NCBI GenBank assembly: GCA_021613535.1 | Contig: CP075495.1 | Span: 8,122,001 to 8,186,000 of the forward strand | Reading direction: 5' to 3' | Length of the DNA: 64,000 nucleotides | Source: Adineta vaga | Lineage: Eukaryota > Animalia > Rotifera | Part shown: one piece after another, positions 56,301-64,000 of the stretch | How positions within the stretch are numbered: the first letter of the stretch is position 1 | Layout: the number at the start of each line of letters is the position of its first letter | The notes under the pieces: model-generated | Database searches by the model: none | What the model saw: the letters and a program-made list of their open reading frames with translations, nothing else | What the model was told of the DNA's origin: nothing | Program-made: the position numbers and the translations under genes

Positions 56301-57431
56301 TCGAAATGTCATAGGAAAAGAAAATAATCCTTCAACGATAACAAATATTAATTTAGAAAATCCTTTAGTTACAACATTATTTAAACAATCTATTGTATCG
56401 AATGATGAAGCAACCAAATCAATCATGAACAATAAAAAGTACAATGGTAATGTGAAAAAATCTCCACAAGTTGAATCGTCTAATAAAGAAAATCAACACA
56501 TTTCGACATCAAATAAACAATCAACATTTATTATAAAAGATTCAGATCAATCAAGAATTCCAAGTGAACAAACGAAAGTAAATAAAGGAGATAAATCTTC
56601 TGATATGATCACTACCTCATCAACCAAAGTAAATAACGAATCAGTACAAGTAGCTGTATCACTTAACAAACAAGAGCATGTTACAATATCAAAGAAACAA
56701 GTAGCTTCACCTTTAGTACCACTTGAGAAATCGAAACAAACGATCGTAACAAGTGAAGCAATCGAACGTATATGTTTGATAAGTACAAATAAAAAATCAG
56801 ACCAATCTGAAGAATTACTTGAAAAACAAGAACAATCGGCCACTGTATCTGAACAACCATGTGCTTCTGTTATATTACACAAGGATGTAAAGAAATTATC
56901 GCCTAAGAATAAAAAATCTCGACGATCAAATACGAAAAAAGGAAATTCATCAGTTAAAACTGAAAATGTACACGAAACACTTTCTCAAAATGAAGAGGAA
57001 AATTTTGAATCATCAGTGTCACCTTTGAAATTAGTAACAATTGTACAAGAACAAAAATCAAATATTATTTTCTTAGAAGATCCCAACTCTTTACCAATAT
57101 TGCCCGATGACAAATTATTACAATATGAGTAAATATTGTTTGATAATCAAAGGTTTTCTTAGTTTTATCTCTTTTTTTTTCTAGTGATACTGCTCAATCT
57201 TCAAGTGCCTTACGTTCTCGTAAACATAAAAAGAAAAAGACAGTTACTACAACTAACACAACAATAATTGAAAAGCCATTATCAGTAGCTACAACAACAA
57301 TAACAACAAATCGTAATTTTCTTCTTATTATACAAGAATTTTTACTTGATCGAAAAACGATTGCATTCAAATGTGTTTTTATTCTTGCTTGTCTTTGTGT
57401 TTCAATCTATTATTATTGTACTCTCGCCTAA
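53379..57431 (+). CDS. Calponin-homology actin-binding protein with long disordered stalk and C-terminal transmembrane anchor (calmin-like architecture)
   Basis: IQITNFLKFINHHL...INDLAKDLSNGHVLIDLIEILS...NVQIVLDYL...EIVSGNRKQILALLWII is a type-1 CH domain. A ~660-aa E/S/T/N/Q-rich exon follows; the last exon ends CVFILACLCVSIYYYCTLA. Confidence 0.8.
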
Positions 57432-57683
57432 GTGATATTTATTTCATGTTGTTAGTTGAATACAATCAACAATGCGTTATATTTCTCTCTTGTTAACATT
57501 TCTTTCTTCAATGGGCAAATTTTATCTGTGTGTGAACAGTTTCTTGTTTTGTTTTCGAATATATACAGATAAAACGTACTATGGTGGGTTTAGAGAGATA
57601 AATATCGAAAAAAGTCCGAATCTAAATTTTTGCATGTATTGTTCTCGTCAAACCAAATCTTAAAATAAACAGAAAAAAGTTGC

Positions 57684-58544
57684 TTAAGCCCCTTCTCCCT
57701 TACAAATGATTTTTCACTTTAGACTATCGATTTACGTGGACTCCGTCTAGGAAAAAGCTAACGAGCTCAAGTTGGTGTCAATTTAAAGAGTCTCCGGTTG
57801 CAGCTTTTGTCCGAGTGGGTTTTCAAAATTCAATCTTGTTCATTTTTTATGAGCATCTTATTGGAAAGGTCTAACAATCAGCATAGAAAACGGGTTCGGA
57901 CAAAAGTTAGCGTTGATGAATACTTTTAAAGCAATAACCGTACTCGATATTGGCTTATTTACCTCGAGAGACTAGTTCACAGTTTTTTTAATTACAACTC
58001 ATGTTTTGAGAAAAATGAAAAATAACTTTTACAAATGAAGTTTTCATTCAAATTCAAAAGGAAACACATAAAAATGATGGCATATTTTCAATAAATTTCA
58101 CTGGACTATTTAACAACGTGTAACAAATGCAATGCGCTAACACCATCTATCATGCTGGAACAAGTTCACTCTCCTTTCTATCCAATCATCCGTGTATCAT
58201 ATGTTAGGATATACTGCGGATCCCATAACTCCAATTGAATTGACCGATGGATGAAGAAACCAGAAAATCCCAGGGATTTTAGACAAAAATGAATAGATCA
58301 CTATATTTAAATTATAATTTGTGTAACTTTTGACTCTCAACAACAAAATACTATCAAATCTTTGTCCTCTTTTATCGATTGTTCGATTATTCTACACTTA
58401 TATTGTCTGAAATGAAAGCTCCATTTGACTCAAAATGTTTCAAAATCATGAAATACCATAGGTGTTCTACATCTTCCTATGAGTAAAATTCAATCTGGAT
58501 TTTTCTTTGAAAATTGAGTTTTCTAAGAGGGAAGAGGCCCTTAA
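57684..58544. mobile_element. Degenerate non-autonomous TIR DNA element flanked by TTAA (Kolobok-like by TSD and terminus)
   Basis: Left end TTAA|gccccttctcccttacaaatgattttt versus reverse complement of the right end TTAA|gggcctcttccctcttagaaaactcaatttt. The ~850-bp interior is non-coding. Confidence 0.55.
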
Positions 58545-58574
58545 ATAAATCTTTTCTTATAGATTTTTGAATAG

Positions 58575-61500
58575 ATGTTGATTAAAGCCTTCTTATTGAA
58601 TCGTTGTTTTCAACGTTTTACAACCTATCGATGGTTGTCAAAAACTCATCAACCTGCTCTTTTCGAATCAAAATGGGCAGCAATATTTGCTAATGCAACA
58701 ACGAATTCATATCTTCCTTCTCTACCTCACGATAAACAACATGAAAAACCATTCGTTATGCTTTTTCCACCACCAAATGTGACAGGAAATCTTCATCTAG
58801 GACATGCACTAACAACATGTATTCATGATTCTCTCTTAAGATGGTATACAATGCAACAGAAATCCTATGCACGTTGTGTACCAGGCTATGATCATGCTGG
58901 AATAGCAACACAGGTAAATATGAAATCTAACTGAGAATTTCTCAAAAAATTAAATTTATTTTTACAGGTTATCGTAGAAAAACATATTGCTCCTAAAAAA
59001 CGTGAGGAAATAGGAAGAGAAAATTTTCTTCAAGAATGTTATCGATGGTCTTCTACATATCGTCAAACCATTGAAACACAATTAAAGCGTTTATGTCCAT
59101 TGTTTGATTGGTCAAATGCTTATTTTACAATGGATGAACATCTTGTTAATTGTGTTCGTGACGCTTTCTTACGTTTATATGACGATGGTCTTATCTATCG
59201 TGACCGACGAATTGTAAATTGGTGTTGTCAATTAAGATCTGTAGTTAGTGATATTGAAGTTGATTCAAAAGAAATAAATGGACGACAAAAATTATTCGTT
59301 CCTGGCTATGGAAAAGAAATTGAATTAGGTGTACTTTATAATGTTGCATACAAAATAATTGATGGAGAACAAGAGAAAGAAATTATTGTAAGTACAACAC
59401 GGCCAGAAACAATTTTAGCTGATACAGGTATTGCTGTTCATCCATTGGATCCTCGTTATGCATCATTAAAAAATAAGTTTGTTCAAAATCCATTTGATCC
59501 ACAAGATCGTTTACCGATTATTTTTGATGAAAATGTTGATCAAAACTTTGGTACTGGTGCAGTTAAATTAACACCTGGACATGATGCATTTGATTATACC
59601 TTAGCAATCAAACATCATCTACAAATTCGAACAATGTTAAATGATCAAGGTCGTGTACAACTGCAATCAAATCATCCATATTATCAAGAATTAAATGATT
59701 TACATCGCTATGATGCACGTGAGAGAGTATTACAAATATTAGAAAAACAAGGATTAAGAAGAGGAGAACAAGAACAACAAAAAATGATCATACCAATATG
59801 TAGTCGAACAGGTGATATTATTGAACCAATGGTTAAAGAACAGTGGTTTTTAGATACAACTGAAATGTGTAAGTTTACTCTTCTATTTATTGGACGAGTG
59901 TTTCTTGGAAATTGATCTTCTAGGTCGACAAGCATCATCTATTGTTGATGATGATACTCTTAAATTAACACCATCATCTAAACGTAAGGTCTGGAAATAT
60001 TGGTTGAATAATAATCGACCATGGTGTTTATCTCGACAACTTTGGTGGGGACACTCGATACCAATGTATCATTGTTCAATCAATACTAAATCAAATGATT
60101 ATAAATGGATTGGTGCAAAATCACTTGAAGAAGCAAGAATAAAAGCTGCTCAATTGTTTCCAAACATTGCAGCTGATTCGATTCATATTGAACAAGATCA
60201 AGATGTACTTGATACATGGTTTTCATCAGGTTTACTACCAGTCTCTCTCTTTTATAATAAAGATTCTCAAGAATTCCCCACGACATTACTCGATACAGGT
60301 TATGATATCATGTTCTTCTGGGTTGCTCGTATGGTTATGCTTGTAAATATTTATTCAGTTGAATATTTATCGAAGAAAATCTTTCGATTTCTAGAGTCTA
60401 AAATTAACTAATCAAGTACCATTTCATGAAGTTCTTTTTCATGGTTTAATTTGTGATCCAAATGGGAAAAAGATGTCAAAATCTTTAGGTATTTATATAT
60501 CTGTCTATTTGTATCATTACTGAATGTTTCTTTTAGGTAATATAATTGATCCAATGGATGTCGTGGATGGTATAAGTCTTAAATCTTTACAAACTCGTCT
60601 TGATCAATCACATTTATCTCGTACCGAAATTGAACGTGCTAAACGTATTCAGGCTACTCAATATCCATCGGGTATTGAACCCATTGGTTCTGATGGTTTA
60701 CGTCTTTGTCTTTTATCATATGATATATATCAACAATCAATACGTTTTGATCCAACACAATTTGATTATGTTGGACGTTATTGTAATAAATTTTGGAATG
60801 CTTATAAATATGTAACAGAATTTGCTTTGATTGATATGGATTTTCGTCATGAGAAATTTTCCAATATAACTTATGAACAAATAGAAAACTTAGTTGAAAA
60901 TCGTCTTGTTGATCGTTGGATTTTCTATGAATTAAATAGAACTATAGGAAAAGTGAATGATTGTTTAAAAGATTTTACATTTCATCTTGCTATTAACCGT
61001 TTACGTGATTCATTTTTGAAAGATTTCTGTGACTTTTACATTGAATTTAGTAAAATTCCTATTAAACAACAATCAAATCAAACTACAAAAGCCAATGTTC
61101 AATTATTACTGTATTATTTACTTAAACAATATCTTATTCTTTATCATCCATTTCTACCAGCTCTAACAGAAGAATTATGGCATGATTTAACACAAGGAAA
61201 ACAAGGATATCTTATTCATCAATTGTATCCAACGATGAAAGATACTCAAAAGTAAGATTCGAAAGTTATTTTATGAGAAATTTGCTTCTTAAAATACATG
61301 AAATAATTCTTATGATTATTTTTTAGAATTAATCATATGGACTCTGAAGTTGTTCAAATGATTCGTTTAATTTTTAAGAATTCCACAAGTTTCAAACAAA
61401 TACTTCGTTTACCACGTGATTCTGATGTTATCATTCATTTTGACAATCAAATTTCGGAAGATTTGACCAAACATATTGAATCTTATCTAACCGAAATTCG

Positions 61501-61897
61501 TACAATAACTCGATTAGATAAAATTCGTATTTTACGATCTACTTCTTCTGATACGAATCTTCATCAATCAAAACTTTTATTTCGTGATTATATTAATGAT
61601 AATGTTGAACTTATTTTCAATTTAAATGATGATAAACAAACACGAGATCTTGTTGAAAAACACGAAGAACGATTGAGTAAACAACTTGATAAATACAATG
61701 ATGATTTGAGTATTAGTGAAGTAACCACGAAATTTCATCAAGAAAATAATGATATGGAAAGTATTGAACGTGAACGACATCGACGTGAGATTTTATTAGA
61801 AGAAATAAAATTAACTCAACGACGACATGAAAGATTTGTTCAGCTAGCTAAAAAACGAACGATTATTGAAAAAAAGAATAAAAAACAGCTAAAATGA
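58575..61897 (+). CDS. VARS2: Valine--tRNA ligase, probably mitochondrial
   Basis: [13 protein letters not shown] (HIGH), [61 protein letters not shown] and KMSKSLGN; Arg-containing, acid-free N-terminal presequence. Confidence 0.92.
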
Positions 61898-61982
61898 TAA
61901 TAGATAAACTTTATTTTCTTTTGACGATCAATTCATGAGTATGATTGAAAGTCACATTTCTACTTTCAATTATAGAATCATT

Positions 61983-62854
61983 TTAAAAAAAGTCCATCTT
62001 AGGTTCTTCTAATGTCGTTAATAATCGCTGTAAACCATCACTTAATCTTATTCCGTGTAATTTTCGTTTTAAAAACTCGAAATCGATTATCTCTTGTAAA
62101 GGACGTTGAAAAACAATCGTTTCAATTCGAATTAATCTATGTAGAAAATAACGTTCAGCATAACAACAAATGGCAATTATTTCTTTTGTTTGAAGTGTAT
62201 CTATTGAATTTATTTCAAGAAAATCAAATAATTCATTAATATCATCATGTGTTTTATAATAATTAAAGTATTCACAAATAATATCTTTGACATCTTCAAG
62301 ATCACTCGTTGTATCACGTTGAATTTTTCGTATTAATTTGAAAATAACTTGTTGTCGATTAATTAAAGGTTTAGTATATTTACTAAGGAAAGCTAATGGT
62401 GATAGATTTTCCAATTGAGAATAATCCGATGGTAAAGTACATTGAATAGATGAAGCGCTGAGTGTGATTGGTGCTTTAAATTTCTCTATTTTTCTTTCTT
62501 CTAAACGAGTTTCTTCATTGAAACGATCGATCAAATCAGATGTTTGTTTCGTTTCTTGAATCAATGGTTTAAGATATTCCATTGGAAGAAAAGTACCTTT
62601 TTCTTTAAAATTTATATAATCTTTACGCATATCATTGATTAAACCAGTATAATAACCAGCTAAAAACAATATTGAATTCACTTGAAAAGTAGTTCTTTAT
62701 ATTGGTATGTCTTGCCTGGTACTGCTCTAACATGTTTGCCATTGACAAGTTTGAGTTGTTTTCTTAATAACTCATTTTGTTTCATTTTATTTGGTGGAAT
62801 AAGTGGTTTTGTTTTGACAACTTTCGTTGCTTGTATAACTTCGTTGATAGTCAT
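61983..62854 (-). CDS. Uncharacterised ~270-aa protein (possible degenerate EF-hand region), 2 exons joined by a predicted GC-AG intron
   Basis: ATG at 62854 (MTINEVIQ...RAVP). Intron 62715-62660 (gcaaga...tttttag) joins in frame to AGYYTGLIN of the 232-aa ORF. Confidence 0.65.
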
Positions 62855-63505
62855 GGATAACTATAATGATTGCGTATTTAGAAATTTTCGTTCGAATAAT
62901 ATCAGCTGAGTTTTTGTTTCCCTAGTGATTTAAAAACTTCTTCTTTTTTTCATCAAGGCAATTCGATTTAAAATGCTTCTTGATTACCAAGCTGCGTGTG
63001 ATTTAAGGTAATATAACATTTACTTCTCTTACTGTATTTACCTCACACCGTCTATACATATCTTCCTTCGAATAAGTTTTGATCGGCAGCGCCCTCCACA
63101 TAATGATTCATGTTCTATACATCAACAACAACGTCAATATATGTTATAATAAATCAGCTGATATTGACGAATCAGCCTCAAGAACTGATTGATTGCAAAA
63201 TGTCTTAGAATCGCAATAGAACATCCAAACCCCCTACCGATTGTCAATTACATCCAATAGTTTATCGCATGAAAATATATTTAGTAAATTCCATCAAGAC
63301 ACGTCTTAAATCTAATATATGTACTATGTTTTGTCCTTCTCGGTGTCTCTCTTTTTTCTTTTTCTCCTGTTATATCTATCTTCCTATTGATTATGAAAAG
63401 AACAAACCTATAAAAAAAGACGACGAACTTACGATACATATTCTATTTACTATTGAGTCATCCTCTATTGTTTCTTCTTGAAGCAAATAGTGACGTTGTG
63501 CACGC

Positions 63506-63530
63506 ATATATATATATATATATATATATG
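63506..63530. repeat. (AT)n microsatellite
   Basis: atatatatatatatatatatatat. Confidence 0.85.
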
Positions 63531-63771
63531 TGTATGCTTTCGCTCGATCGTTCTACTCGTTAGTATTATTCAGTGAAGCGTAATAGTTACCCCAGTCATT
63601 ATACGAATGGAATACATATGTTAATGTAATTTATTTCTTTTTTTGTACTTTGACGGATCTGATATTTTTTCGTAGTTAAAGAATATGTTGCTTTTAGATC
63701 ATAACATTGTCAAGCGTCTATTTGTATGGTGAATTGTGTGGTTGATAAATTTGTGATTAATTATTAGAACT

Positions 63772-64000
63772 ATGACAGATTCGAAGCAACAAACATCGAT
63801 GAATAATCGTCGAGATAGTGGCAATACACATTCTTTAAAAATTTCTATCAAACGTCGAAGAACAGGAGAATTTATTGCTCGAAATTCGATGTTAACAGAT
63901 TTATTTCAAATATCACACATTAAATGTGTACGAAATGCTTTTGCTGCTGCGTTCATTTTGATGGTATTACGTCATATGGCCAATGATCTTTTACAATACG
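63772..64000 (+). CDS. SOAT1: Sterol O-acyltransferase (ACAT/SOAT, MBOAT family), 5' part only
   Basis: MTDSKQQ...GEFIARNSMLTDLFQISHIKCVRNAFAAAFILMVL matches the SOAT N-terminal F.AR.S.L..L....HI motif before TM1. Truncated by the window end. Confidence 0.7.
   Translation, partial: MTDSKQQTSMNNRRDSGNTHSLKISIKRRRTGEFIARNSMLTDLFQISHIKCVRNAFAAAFILMVLRHMANDLLQY

Overview
AT-rich, gene-dense eukaryotic DNA with many short (~50-70 nt) GT-AG introns. Composition, intron style and gene content suggest an invertebrate, probably a bdelloid rotifer (inference only). About 27 protein-coding genes are supported. The recognisable ones are RAD54, a TBC1D12/14-like RabGAP, an M16 metallopeptidase, ACADS, a dopamine-transporter-like SLC6, TM2D1, GLMP, an intronless PIP5K, CHTOP, a calmin-like CH protein, mitochondrial-type ValRS and the 5' end of SOAT. 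Two loci stand out. (1) A gene at 20858-23350 encodes a signal peptide, nine EGF repeats and a complete Hedgehog-type Hog module (Hint + sterol-recognition region), i.e. a candidate self-cleaving, possibly lipid-modified EGF protein. (2) A tandem array of five intronless microbial-type sensor globin (protoglobin/fungoglobin-like) genes has Cys-containing C-terminal tails and signs of inter-copy gene conversion. Also seen: a degenerate TTAA-flanked TIR element, a ~45-bp-stem hairpin, a possible trans-spliced operon and an apparent frameshift in TM2D1. All exon models were read by eye.
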